From NCBI GenBank assembly GCA_963758575.1, contig CAVWWE010000007.1, positions 4,764-68,763 of the forward strand: 64,000 nucleotides of DNA. Direction: 5' to 3'. This document shows positions 35,964-44,588 of the stretch, in pieces. Position numbers and translations under genes: made by a program. This DNA is from an uncultured Actinomycetes bacterium (GTDB lineage: Bacteria; Actinomycetota; Actinomycetes; Streptosporangiales; Streptosporangiaceae). Below the pieces are notes generated by a model. The model was not told where the DNA came from and ran no database searches. It saw only the letters and a program-made list of their open reading frames with translations. The first letter of the stretch is position 1. Each line of letters starts with the position of its first letter.

Positions 35964-37844
35964 ATGGCATCCACCACTGCCACCGTGACCGGCGCGGACC
36001 TGGCCACGGTCGCCGAACTGGCCCAGCAACTGCGGGTCGATTCGATCCGGTGCAGCACTTCGGCCGGGTCTGGCCACCCCACGTCGAGCATGTCCGCCGC
36101 GGATCTGCTCGCGGTGCTGCTCGCCCGGCACCTGCGCTACGACTGGGATGAGCCACGGAACCCGGCCAACGACCACCTGATCTTCTCCAAGGGGCACGCC
36201 TCACCGCTGCTGTACTCGGTCTACAAGGCAGCCGGCGTGGTATCCGACGAGGAGCTGATGACCGGCTATCGCCGGTTCGGGTCCCGGCTGGAAGGCCATC
36301 CCACCCCCGTGCTGCCCTGGGTGGACGTCGCCACCGGCTCGCTCGGCCAGGGGCTGCCCGACGGGGTTGGCGTTGCGCTGGCGGGCAAGTACCTGGACCG
36401 GGCCGACTACCGGGTGTGGGTGCTGTGCGGCGACAGTGAGCTGGCCGAGGGCTCGATCTGGGAAGCCCTGGACAAGGCGTCGTACTACAAGCTCGGCAAC
36501 CTGATCGCGATGATGGACATCAACCGGCTCGGCCAGCGCGGCCCGACGGAGCTGTCCTGGGACCTGGACACCTACACCCGCCGGATGGAAGCGTTCGGCG
36601 CCCGGGTGGTCGTCATCGACGGCCATGACCTGGCCGCGATCGACGAGGCGCTGGGCCAGGCCGGAAACCTGGAGGCCGAGCAGCCCCTCGTCATCCTGGC
36701 CCGGACCAAGAAGGGCAAGGGCTTCACCGAAGTCGAGGACCGGGAGGACTGGCACGGCAAGCCGCTGCCGCCGGCCATGGCCGAGCGGGCCATCGAGGAA
36801 CTCGGCGGCGAACGCGGGCTGACCGTGCGCGGGCCGCTGCCCCCGGCGGACAGTGCGGACCGGGCCACGGCCCGCGAGGCCGGCACGGTGACGCTGCCCA
36901 CCTACCGTGTCGGCGACAAGGTGGCCACCCGCAAGGCCTACGGCCAGGCGCTGGCCGCGCTGGGCGCGCGGCCGGATGTGGTGGCCATGGACGGCGAGGT
37001 CAGCAACTCGACGTTCGCCGACGAGTTCGCCGCCGCCTACCCCGAGCGGTACTTCGAGATGTTCATCGCCGAGCAGCAGCTCGTCGCGGCCGCGGTCGGC
37101 TTCAGCGTCCGCGGCTACCGGCCGTTCGCGTCCACGTTCGCGGCGTTCTTCACCCGCGCCTACGACTTCATCCGGATGGCCGCCATCTCCCAGGCCAACA
37201 TCAGCCTGTCCGGCTCGCACGCCGGCGTCGAGATCGGCGCGGACGGCCCGTCCCAGATGGCCCTCGAGGACCTGGCCATGATGCGTGCGGTGCACGGCTC
37301 CACCGTGCTGTATCCCAGCGACGCGACCTGCGCCGCCGCGCTCGTCGCGGCCATGGCCGACCGGGAGGGCGTCAGCTACCTGCGCACCACCCGCGGCGCT
37401 TACCCGGTGCTCTACGACTCAGCCGAGACGTTCCCCATTGGCGGGTCCAAGGTGCTCCGCTCCTCCCCCGACGACCAGGTCACCCTCATCGGCGCCGGGG
37501 TCACCCTGTACGCCTGCCTGACCGCGGCCGACGAGCTGGCCGCGGACGGCATCAGCGTCCGGGTCATCGACGCGTACTCGGTCAAGCCGATCGACACCGC
37601 GACGCTGACCGCAGCGGCCGCCGCCACCGGTGGCCGCCTGGTCATCGCCGAAGACCATCACCCGGAAGGCGGGCTCGGTTCCGCGGTGCTGGACGCGCTG
37701 ACTGGCGCGGGCCGGGCCGACCTGTCTGTCACCCACCTCGCGGTCCGGGACATGCCCGGGTCCGGTACCAGCGAGGAACTGCTCGACGCGGCCGGCCTGA
37801 GCGCCCGGCACATCGCCGACGCCGCCCGGCGGCTGGCCGGGTAA
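35964..37844 (+). CDS. tkt: transketolase (single-chain, about 620-aa type)
   Basis: SAGSGHPTSSMSAADLLAVL, NDHLIFSKGHASPLLYSVY, LGQGLPDGVGVALA (ThDP block) and CGDSELAEGSIWEA. RBS AGGAGGGA. Confidence 0.9.
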   Translation: MASTTATVTGADLATVAELAQQLRVDSIRCSTSAGSGHPTSSMSAADLLAVLLARHLRYDWDEPRNPANDHLIFSKGHASPLLYSVYKAAGVVSDEELMTGYRRFGSRLEGHPTPVLPWVDVATGSLGQGLPDGVGVALAGKYLDRADYRVWVLCGDSELAEGSIWEALDKASYYKLGNLIAMMDINRLGQRGPTELSWDLDTYTRRMEAFGARVVVIDGHDLAAIDEALGQAGNLEAEQPLVILARTKKGKGFTEVEDREDWHGKPLPPAMAERAIEELGGERGLTVRGPLPPADSADRATAREAGTVTLPTYRVGDKVATRKAYGQALAALGARPDVVAMDGEVSNSTFADEFAAAYPERYFEMFIAEQQLVAAAVGFSVRGYRPFASTFAAFFTRAYDFIRMAAISQANISLSGSHAGVEIGADGPSQMALEDLAMMRAVHGSTVLYPSDATCAAALVAAMADREGVSYLRTTRGAYPVLYDSAETFPIGGSKVLRSSPDDQVTLIGAGVTLYACLTAADELAADGISVRVIDAYSVKPIDTATLTAAAAATGGRLVIAEDHHPEGGLGSAVLDALTGAGRADLSVTHLAVRDMPGSGTSEELLDAAGLSARHIADAARRLAG

Positions 37845-37893
37845 CCACCCCCTGCTGGTGCAGGGTCAGCGCGGGCCATGTAAAGAAGTACTC

Positions 37894-38834
37894 ATGCAAG
37901 CGATCGTGGTGAACGAGTTCGGCGGCCCCGACGTGCTGCAGCCCGGCCAGGCCGAACGGCCGGCCCCGGGCCGGGCGAGCTCCTGGTCCGGGTCCAGGCC
38001 GCCGGCGTCGGGCCATGGGACGCCGCGATGCGCCGCGGCGAGTTTGGCGGCTCGCTGCCCTACATCCCCGGCGGCGAGTTCGCCGGCATCGTGACCGGCG
38101 ACGAAGGGGTCGACGCGGGCTTCGATGACGGCACCCCGGTGTACGGGTACCCCGCGCTGATCGGCTGCTACGCCGAGTACGTAACGTGCCCGATCGAGCA
38201 GCTGGCCCCGATCCCGTCCGCGCTGGACGTCGTCGAGGCAGCGGCCGTGCCGATCGACGGGCTGACCGCCGAGCAGGGGCTGACCGACATCCTGGGCGTC
38301 GGCCCTGGGGACCAGGTCCTGATCACCGCCGGGGCGGGCGGGCTCGGCCACTTCGCGGTGCAGATCGCCCGGGCACTGGGCGCCGAGGTGGTGGCCACGG
38401 CCAGCCCGCATAACCATGAGTTCCTGCACCGGCTCGGGGCGGCGGTGGCCGTCAACCACACCATCCCCAGCTGGCCGGACGAGGTCCGTAAAGTGACCGA
38501 CGGCGGCGCCGGGAAGGTGCTGGCCTGCAACGCGGCCACGCTGGACGGCGCGGCCCGGGCGGCCCGCGCCGGGGCGGTCATCGCCACCCCGGTGCAAGCC
38601 CCGCTGCCTGAGGGGGCCAAGGTGCGCTGGCAGCAGTACAACGGGGCGCCCAGCGGCACCCGGCTGATCCGGCTGGCGCCCTGGCTGGACAGCGGCGACC
38701 TGTCCGTCCACCTGTCCGGCCGGTACTACTGGCAGGACGCCGCCGCCGCACACCGCGAGGTGGAGCAGGGGCACACCCGGGGCAAGATCGTCCTGATCGT
38801 CGACGACGACCTGGCCGCCACGTCCGGGATCTGA
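37894..38834 (+). pseudogene. NADPH:quinone oxidoreductase / zinc-type alcohol dehydrogenase (MDR) family, frameshift near 37968-37972
   Basis: MQAIVVNEFGGPDVLQPGQAERPAPG (frame 1), then GELLVRVQAAGVGPWDAAMRRGEFGG...ITAGAGGLGHFAVQIARALGAEVVA in frame 0 (ORF 38028..38834). A single missing C in GGCC(C)GGGC restores the frame. The span is 941 nt. Confidence 0.8.
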
Positions 38835-38888
38835 CCGGCGGACTCGGCGAGCACCGGGCCGCGGCACGGCCCGGCGCCGGGCCCCCTT

Positions 38889-40565
38889 ATGCTTCGGCGC
38901 ATGACCGCAGCACGTGACCTGGCCGACCGGGTGCACCGGCGCTGGCTGGAAGAGAACCCGTTCGCCGCCACCATGTACGGCATCACCGGTTACGACGACC
39001 GGGTCCCGGACGAGAGCGACGCGGGCCAGCAGGCCTGGCAGGCCGAGCTCGAGCAGTACCTGACCGACGCGGGCGCGGTTGAGGCCGGGCCGCTGACACC
39101 CGCCGACGTGATCACCGCCGACTGCACCCGGGAGGCGGTCACCCAGGAACTGGCGGGCATCGCGCTCGCCCCGGCGGAGCACACGGTCACCCCGATGCAG
39201 TACGCCGGGCCAGCCACGTTCCTGGCCGTGGCGGCCCGCACCGTCCTGGTCGACGAGGACGCGGCCGAGGCCTACCTGACCCGGCTGCGGCGCAGCGGCC
39301 GCTGGCTGGACCAGCTCAGCGAGCGGCTGCGGGCCGGGGCGGCCAAGGAACGGCTGCCGGTTGCCCCGCTGGCCGAGGAGGCCATCAGCTGGGCCGAGGG
39401 TGTGCTGGCCGCGCCGGACAGCAGCCCGGTGCTGGCCCCGCGGCCACCTGAGGGCTGGCCACGCGCGGCGGCGTGGCAGGCGGAGCGCCGGGCCGCGGCC
39501 GACGAGATCGTGCACCCGGCGCTGGCCAGCTGGGTGGCGACGGTCAGGGAACTGCTGCCCCGGGCCCGGCCGAGCGGCCAGGCCGGGCTGGTCTACCTGC
39601 CCGGCGGCGACGAGGACTACAGCCGGGCGATCCGGATCTACACCACGCTGCCACTGACCGCGGAGGCGCTGCACCAGACCGGCCTGGACCATGTCGCGGC
39701 GCTGGAGGACCGGGCCGTGCGGCTGGGCGCCAGCCTGGGGCTGACCGGGCTGGACCAGGTCCGCGCCGCGCTGCGCGACTCGGCCGGGCAGCTGCCCGCC
39801 GACGAGGCGGTGCGCCAGGCCGTGGCGGCGGTGCGCCGGGCCGAAGCCCAGGCGCCGGAGTTCTTCCCGGCGCCGCTGCCACCGCCGTGTGCGGTGACGC
39901 CGATGCCGGACGTGGTGGCGGTGAGCGGCACCGCACCGCACTACACCCCGCCCCGGCAGGACGGCGGGCGGCCGGGGACATTCTGGTTCAACACCGAGCG
40001 GCCCACGGCCGGCACCGGCTGGGACATCGAAGTGGTGGCCTTCCACGAGGCAGTGCCGGGGCATCACCTCCAGCTCTCCCGCCTCCAGCTGCTGACCGCC
40101 CTGCCCGACCTGCAGCGGCAGCGCAGCCTGCCGGTGTTCTCCGAGGGCTGGGGCCTGTACGCGGAGCAGCTAGCCGAGGAGACCGGGCTGTACGGCGACG
40201 AACGCGGCCTGCTCGGCTCGATCAGCACGTCGCTGATGCGCGCCGCCCGGCTGGTGGTGGACACCGGCATCCACGCGTTCGGCTGGAGCCGCGAGCGGGC
40301 CCTCGGCTACATGACCGAGCATGTGCCGATGCCACCGGAGTTCCTGGCCGCCGAGATCGACCGGTACGTGGTGATGCCCGGGCAGGCCCTGGCCTACCTC
40401 ACCGGCAAGCTGGAGATCCTGCGGATCCGGGACGAGGCCCGGCAGCGGCTCGGCCCGGCCTTCACGCTGCCCGCGTTCCACGGCGCCATCCTGGACCACG
40501 GCTCGCTGCCGATGCCCACCCTGGCCCGCAGCATCGCCAGCTGGCTGGATCAGGTATCGGCCTGA
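38889..40565 (+). CDS. DUF885 family (putative metallopeptidase-like) protein
   Basis: EENPFAATMYGITGYDDRVPD at the N-terminus, FHEAVPGHHLQ (HExxH-like) and DRYVVMPGQALAYLTGKLEI near the C-terminus. Confidence 0.8.
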   Translation: MLRRMTAARDLADRVHRRWLEENPFAATMYGITGYDDRVPDESDAGQQAWQAELEQYLTDAGAVEAGPLTPADVITADCTREAVTQELAGIALAPAEHTVTPMQYAGPATFLAVAARTVLVDEDAAEAYLTRLRRSGRWLDQLSERLRAGAAKERLPVAPLAEEAISWAEGVLAAPDSSPVLAPRPPEGWPRAAAWQAERRAAADEIVHPALASWVATVRELLPRARPSGQAGLVYLPGGDEDYSRAIRIYTTLPLTAEALHQTGLDHVAALEDRAVRLGASLGLTGLDQVRAALRDSAGQLPADEAVRQAVAAVRRAEAQAPEFFPAPLPPPCAVTPMPDVVAVSGTAPHYTPPRQDGGRPGTFWFNTERPTAGTGWDIEVVAFHEAVPGHHLQLSRLQLLTALPDLQRQRSLPVFSEGWGLYAEQLAEETGLYGDERGLLGSISTSLMRAARLVVDTGIHAFGWSRERALGYMTEHVPMPPEFLAAEIDRYVVMPGQALAYLTGKLEILRIRDEARQRLGPAFTLPAFHGAILDHGSLPMPTLARSIASWLDQVSA

Positions 40566-40815
40566 AGCTGGCCGCCCGGGTAGCCGAGGGCGTGCAGCCG
40601 GGCCACGTCCAGCACGGTGATCCGGCGGTAGCCGGTGGCGATGATCCCCTGCGCGCGCAGGTCGCGCAGCACCCGGTGCACGCTGGGTTCCGCCGCTCTG
40701 GCCAGCGACGCGAGTTCCGGCTGGGTCAGCGGCCACCGGATCACCGACCGGTTCCCGGTCGCCGTGCCGTACGTCACCGCGATCTCATAGAGCACCCGGT
40801 ACAGCCGGATCTGCA
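40550..40815 (-). pseudogene. Crp/Fnr-family regulator remnant (C-terminal HTH only)
   Basis: LQIRLYRVLYEIAVTYGTATGNRSVIRWPLTQPELASLARAAEPSVHRVLRDLRAQGII is the DNA-binding domain. An in-frame TGA lies directly upstream and there is no cNMP-binding domain. Confidence 0.55.
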
Positions 40816-41024
40816 GAGTTCAGGGCGAAGGATTCGGTGGCGCCGCACCATTGCGGGTACGCGCGCTGCTCCGAGACCCGGCCATTCACCATGCCGTGAC
40901 CGGCTGCCAGCGGCTGGCTGTCATCATGTCCGACGGACTCTATGACGATCTGCACACCGAGGGCCTGGCCGTCCAGGAGTGGCGGCGCGTCCCGGCGGCA
41001 GGCGCCTGGGTACGAGGCTGACCC

Positions 41025-42449
41025 TTACCCGGCTGGCGACCGGCTGCTGGCTTCCGGCACCGGATCGGCGGCGGGTAGCCGGAGGGTGGCGCCCAGGCCG
41101 ATCAGCGCGATGAACGCCAGCACGATCATGGCCACGCCATAGGCGCGTTTCGGGTCGCCCAGGCCGGCCACCAGGATCGTGCCCGCGATCGCGGTGCCGA
41201 TCGATGAGCCCAGGTTGGACACGCTGCGGGAGAGCCCGGAGATTTCGCCTTGCAGGTTCTCCGGGAAGGCCGACTGCACCACGTTGACCGACGGGGTGAG
41301 CATGACGCCGACGCCCAGCCCGATGAGGAACAGGCCAGGGGCGAAGTACCAGGCGCCCGGATGCCCCTTAACCAGGAACACCAGCACGACGATGCCGACA
41401 ATGGTGATCACGAACCCGGTCAGGATGAGCGTGCGCTGCCGGTAGCGCTTGGCCAGCCGCCCAGCGGCCAGCGAGGACAGCAGGATGCCCACCGTGGCCG
41501 CGGTGAAGATCACGCCGGTCTGGATCGCGTCGTACTTCCGGACCACCTGCAGGTAGGCGGACACCACGAACGACGTGCCCAGCAGCACGGACCACTGCAC
41601 GTTCTGGGTAATCAGCGCCAGGTTGGAGACCCGGTTGCGGAACAGCGCGGTGGACAGCAGGGCTTCCTCCCCGGCCCGTTCCCGGCGGCGGATCCAGACG
41701 AAGAAACCGGCCAGGATGAGCGCCCCGGCGACGAGCAGGATGAACATCAGCCCCAGGTTCTGGTCGGCGGCCATGATCCCGCCGACCAGGACGACCAGGC
41801 CCACGGCGGACAGGATCGCGCCCACGATGTCGAACGGGTGGTCCGGGTCGGCCGGTAGCGGGTCCCTGACGTTGCGGGCCAGCAGCACGATGACCGCGAT
41901 GATCAGGGCCTGGAAGACGAACGCGGCCCGCCAGGTGATCGTGGTGGTGATGGTGCCGCCGATCAGCGGCCCGGTGGCGGCGCCGATGCCGCCCATGCCG
42001 CTGATCACCCCGAACGCCCACGCCCGCGACTTCAAGTCGGTGAACACCAAGGTGGTCAGGATGTACACCGGCGGGATGAGCAGCGCGGTACCGACTCCCT
42101 CGAAGATGGAGTTGCCCAGGATGAGCACGCCGATCCCGGGCGCGGCCGCGCTGAGCAGCGCGCCGATCCCGTAGATAATGAGCCCGAGGATGAACAGCCG
42201 TTTCCGGCCGTACCGGTCGGTCAGCTTCCCGCACGGGATCATCAGGGCGGCCATGATCAGCAGGAACAACGTGATGCAGACCTGCACGCCCTGCACCGAG
42301 GTGTGCAGGTCGTCCTTGATGTCAGTGATCATGACGTTCATGTTCGAGCCGGCGAAGCTGCAGATGAACTGGGCCAGCGCCAGCGGGACCAGCATCGGCC
42401 GCAGCGCCTTGCTCCGGACCGGCTGGCTAGCGGCGGCGGCGCTGGTCAT
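41025..42449 (-). CDS. DHA2-type MFS transporter (14-TM drug:H+ antiporter family)
   Basis: Start chosen at ATG 42449 (MTSAAAASQPVRSKALRPMLVPLALAQF). GKLTDRYGRKRLF, WRAAFVFQALI and many TM segments through to the C-terminus. The listed longer ORF start at 42791 adds an Arg/Pro-rich non-coding-looking N-terminus. Confidence 0.85.
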   Translation of the reverse strand: MTSAAAASQPVRSKALRPMLVPLALAQFICSFAGSNMNVMITDIKDDLHTSVQGVQVCITLFLLIMAALMIPCGKLTDRYGRKRLFILGLIIYGIGALLSAAAPGIGVLILGNSIFEGVGTALLIPPVYILTTLVFTDLKSRAWAFGVISGMGGIGAATGPLIGGTITTTITWRAAFVFQALIIAVIVLLARNVRDPLPADPDHPFDIVGAILSAVGLVVLVGGIMAADQNLGLMFILLVAGALILAGFFVWIRRRERAGEEALLSTALFRNRVSNLALITQNVQWSVLLGTSFVVSAYLQVVRKYDAIQTGVIFTAATVGILLSSLAAGRLAKRYRQRTLILTGFVITIVGIVVLVFLVKGHPGAWYFAPGLFLIGLGVGVMLTPSVNVVQSAFPENLQGEISGLSRSVSNLGSSIGTAIAGTILVAGLGDPKRAYGVAMIVLAFIALIGLGATLRLPAADPVPEASSRSPAG

Positions 42450-42574
42450 GCCAGCCGCCGGGCCGTCTCGCCCCGCGCACGAACTCGCATACCGACCACT
42501 GTTACGCAGACCGTGCTCCGCCCGCGTCATCCGCCAGGAGTGAGGCCAGCCGGCGCCATGCGACGATGAGGGCC

Positions 42575-42912
42575 ATGCGCGTGCAGCGGTTGCGTGCCCA
42601 GCTCGCGGCCGGCCCCGGGACAGCGGGGTGATCGAGGTCCCGTTCGACCCGGACGAGGTGTGGGGCGGCAGGGCTGAGCATCCGGTGCGTGGCACCGTCA
42701 ACGGCCGGCGGGTGCGCGGCCGGATCACGCCGGCCGGCGACGGCTGGGTGTTCACCCTGACCCCGATGTGGCTGCGTGACGCCGGCCTCACGCCTGCGCT
42801 ATATCGATGCCACCACCCGCCGGCCGGACCTGCGGGCGGCGCGCGTCGCGGAGGTGGTGGACCTGCTCGCGGCCGGAGTCAAGGAACGGCCCCGGCCATC
42901 GGGCCCGCGCTA
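42575..42912 (+). pseudogene. DUF1905/YdeI-like protein remnant with frame breaks (about 42620 and about 42800) and probable internal deletion
   Basis: MRVQRLRAQLAAGPGTAG (frame 2), then IEVPFDPDEVWGGRAEHPVRGTVNGRRVRGRITPAGDGWVFTLTPMWLRDAGL (DUF1905, frame 1), then YIDATTRRPDLRAARVAEVVDLLAAGVKE (YdeI-type C-terminus) in a third frame, ending at TAG 42912. Confidence 0.5.
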
Positions 42913-42923
42913 GCCGGCGCGCT

Positions 42924-43664
42924 TCAGCCCAGCTCGCGGGCGATGGCCGGGATCCGGTCCAGCAGGCTGGCCAGGCTGGCCGCCGAGCGGCCGGGCTCGC
43001 CGGCCGTCATCAGGTGCGCCATGCCCGCGTCACCCGCCGCGGCCGCGGCCGGGATCCAGTCCAGCATGGTCCGGATGCGCTGCGGCACGGCGTGCAGGAT
43101 CTGGCCCGCGTCCGGCCCGCCATAGCTGGCGGCAATGATCCGTAGCCGTTCCGCGGCGCTCTCCGCTCCGGTATCGCGCCACAACGGCACCCCATTCCAG
43201 GCAATGAACGCCAGTTCCAGCAACCGGGTCGTCGGTCCTGCCATGTCCCAGTCGAAGACGCCCGTGACGTCGTCGCCCGCGAAGCACACGTTGTAGGGAG
43301 CGATGTCGTTGTGCCCGATCAAGGTCGGCCCAGGGAACGGGCAGTACCGCCACGGCCCAGGGTGGGCGAAGCCGGTCACCACGTCGTGGAAGGCCCGGGT
43401 CCAGTGGACCATGGCCTGGAGTTGACCCGTGCTGAGCAGTTCGCGGTCCTCGTCGAGGACGTGCCCGGGCAGGTAGGACAGCACCTCGCGGCCCCGGTCG
43501 TCGTAACCGAGGACACGGGGAATGTGCGGGACACGATCTGCCAGGTAAGCGAGCAGCGCGTGCACGGCCGGCGTCCATGGCCCGGTGGCCCGGTGCACCG
43601 TGCCGCCAACCCGGACCGCTCCCCCGACGTTGCCCGCCAGGTGCACTTCGTCGTCTGCCACCAC
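42924..43664 (-). CDS. phosphotransferase (APH/choline-kinase-like) family protein
   Basis: LIGHNDIAPYNVCF (HxDxxxxN) and GVFDWDMAGP (DxD) blocks. Confidence 0.75.
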   Translation of the reverse strand: MVADDEVHLAGNVGGAVRVGGTVHRATGPWTPAVHALLAYLADRVPHIPRVLGYDDRGREVLSYLPGHVLDEDRELLSTGQLQAMVHWTRAFHDVVTGFAHPGPWRYCPFPGPTLIGHNDIAPYNVCFAGDDVTGVFDWDMAGPTTRLLELAFIAWNGVPLWRDTGAESAAERLRIIAASYGGPDAGQILHAVPQRIRTMLDWIPAAAAAGDAGMAHLMTAGEPGRSAASLASLLDRIPAIARELG

Positions 43665-43689
43665 GCCACCCTAGGTCAGTGGCCAGTGG

Positions 43690-44154
43690 CTACGTTTTCG
43701 CGCGGCGGGTCCGGCGCAGTCTGCGGTAGCCCATGTCGAGGATCACGACTGCGGCGATCACGGCCGCCTCGAGGAAGGCAGTGTGCCGCAGCACGACCAG
43801 GTTCACCGGCTCGAGCAGGCCGCCGAGCATCGGGCCCGGTATCCCGGATCGGCCATTCCCCCGGATGTCAGCCACGACGCCGGGCGGCAGCTTGCCACCC
43901 GGGAGCACCCGTACGCCAGGCCGCAGCTTTCCGCTGGACAGCACGCCCTTGACAATGTGACCCCGCACGACCAGCGCTGGGCCGCTGGCGGCCAGGCCTT
44001 CGCCCGGGAGACTGGGGTGGAGGCGGTTCCAGGCCAGCCCGCCGAGCACCACGACCGCGAACCAGAAGTCCAGCCGGGTTCGCGCCGCGACCCGCGTCCG
44101 GCGTCCGCGGTCCGGCGCAGTGCCAGCGGGTGAGGGCGTCGAAGATACGCTCAC
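43690..44154 (-). CDS. hypothetical membrane protein
   Basis: Two hydrophobic segments (FWFAVVVLGGLAW and FLEAAVIAAVVILDMG). Good GC3. No recognised domain. Confidence 0.4.
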   Translation of the reverse strand: MSVSSTPSPAGTAPDRGRRTRVAARTRLDFWFAVVVLGGLAWNRLHPSLPGEGLAASGPALVVRGHIVKGVLSSGKLRPGVRVLPGGKLPPGVVADIRGNGRSGIPGPMLGGLLEPVNLVVLRHTAFLEAAVIAAVVILDMGYRRLRRTRRAKT

Positions 44155-44238
44155 GCAGGCACCCTACGGCCAGCCCCTCCGCACCCCGTGCGAACGCCGT
44201 GTGAGTTCTATGTGAGCCTGGCTGGCTCGCCTGCAGAT

Positions 44239-44504
44239 CTAGCGGGCGGGGGTCAGTTCGAACCCGTGATTAATGGCGTTGCTGTCGGTGTAGAAGCCGA
44301 CGATCACACCGAGGTTGCTGATTCCGGTAATGTCCGTGCCTTCTGCGCCGGCCGGGTCCTCGACCGGGGTGAACACCCCGCGCCGCTCAATGAACCCGTG
44401 GAACACGCAGCCGCCGCCGACGCGGCGGCTGGGACGAGGGCCAGTACCGCCGCGGCCCCCGCGATAAGCAACAGTCGATGCGCCATGCCCCGTGTGCGTG
44501 CCAT
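44239..44504 (-). pseudogene. small secreted protein with one HGF...GINxxGxIVG-type repeat, frameshift near 44400
   Basis: Signal peptide MARTRGMAHRLLLIAGAAAVLALVPAAASA in one frame. VFHGFIERRGVFTPVEDPAGAEGTDITGISNLGVIVGFYTDSNAINHGFELTPAR in another frame, ending at TAG 44239. The span is 266 nt. Confidence 0.4.
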
Positions 44505-44588
44505 AGGCGCAGAGTCTTCCGTGTGGTAATAGCAGTCTTGTAGCGAACTCGTAGCGCTAGGTCGGCAGCGGAGCCGGGCGGAGGTCAC

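Noticed and set aside
37866-40067. Very long antisense ORFs: 733 aa at 37866..40067 (minus), 669 aa at 44845..46854 (minus), 418 aa at 6767..8023 (minus), 362 aa at 59181..60269 (plus), 497 aa at 20462..21955 (plus), 452 aa at 12297..13655 (minus) and many others in the track.
   Set aside because: All lie opposite genes with clear family motifs. Their products are Arg/Gly/Pro/Ala-rich with no motifs. Stop-free antisense frames are expected at this GC content.
40816-41024. Annotating a PP2C/SpoIIE phosphatase pseudogene from the VIMSDGLYDDL string.
   Set aside because: There is only one short motif-like stretch of about 30 residues, with no start and no other family blocks. It is kept as a remark, not a feature.
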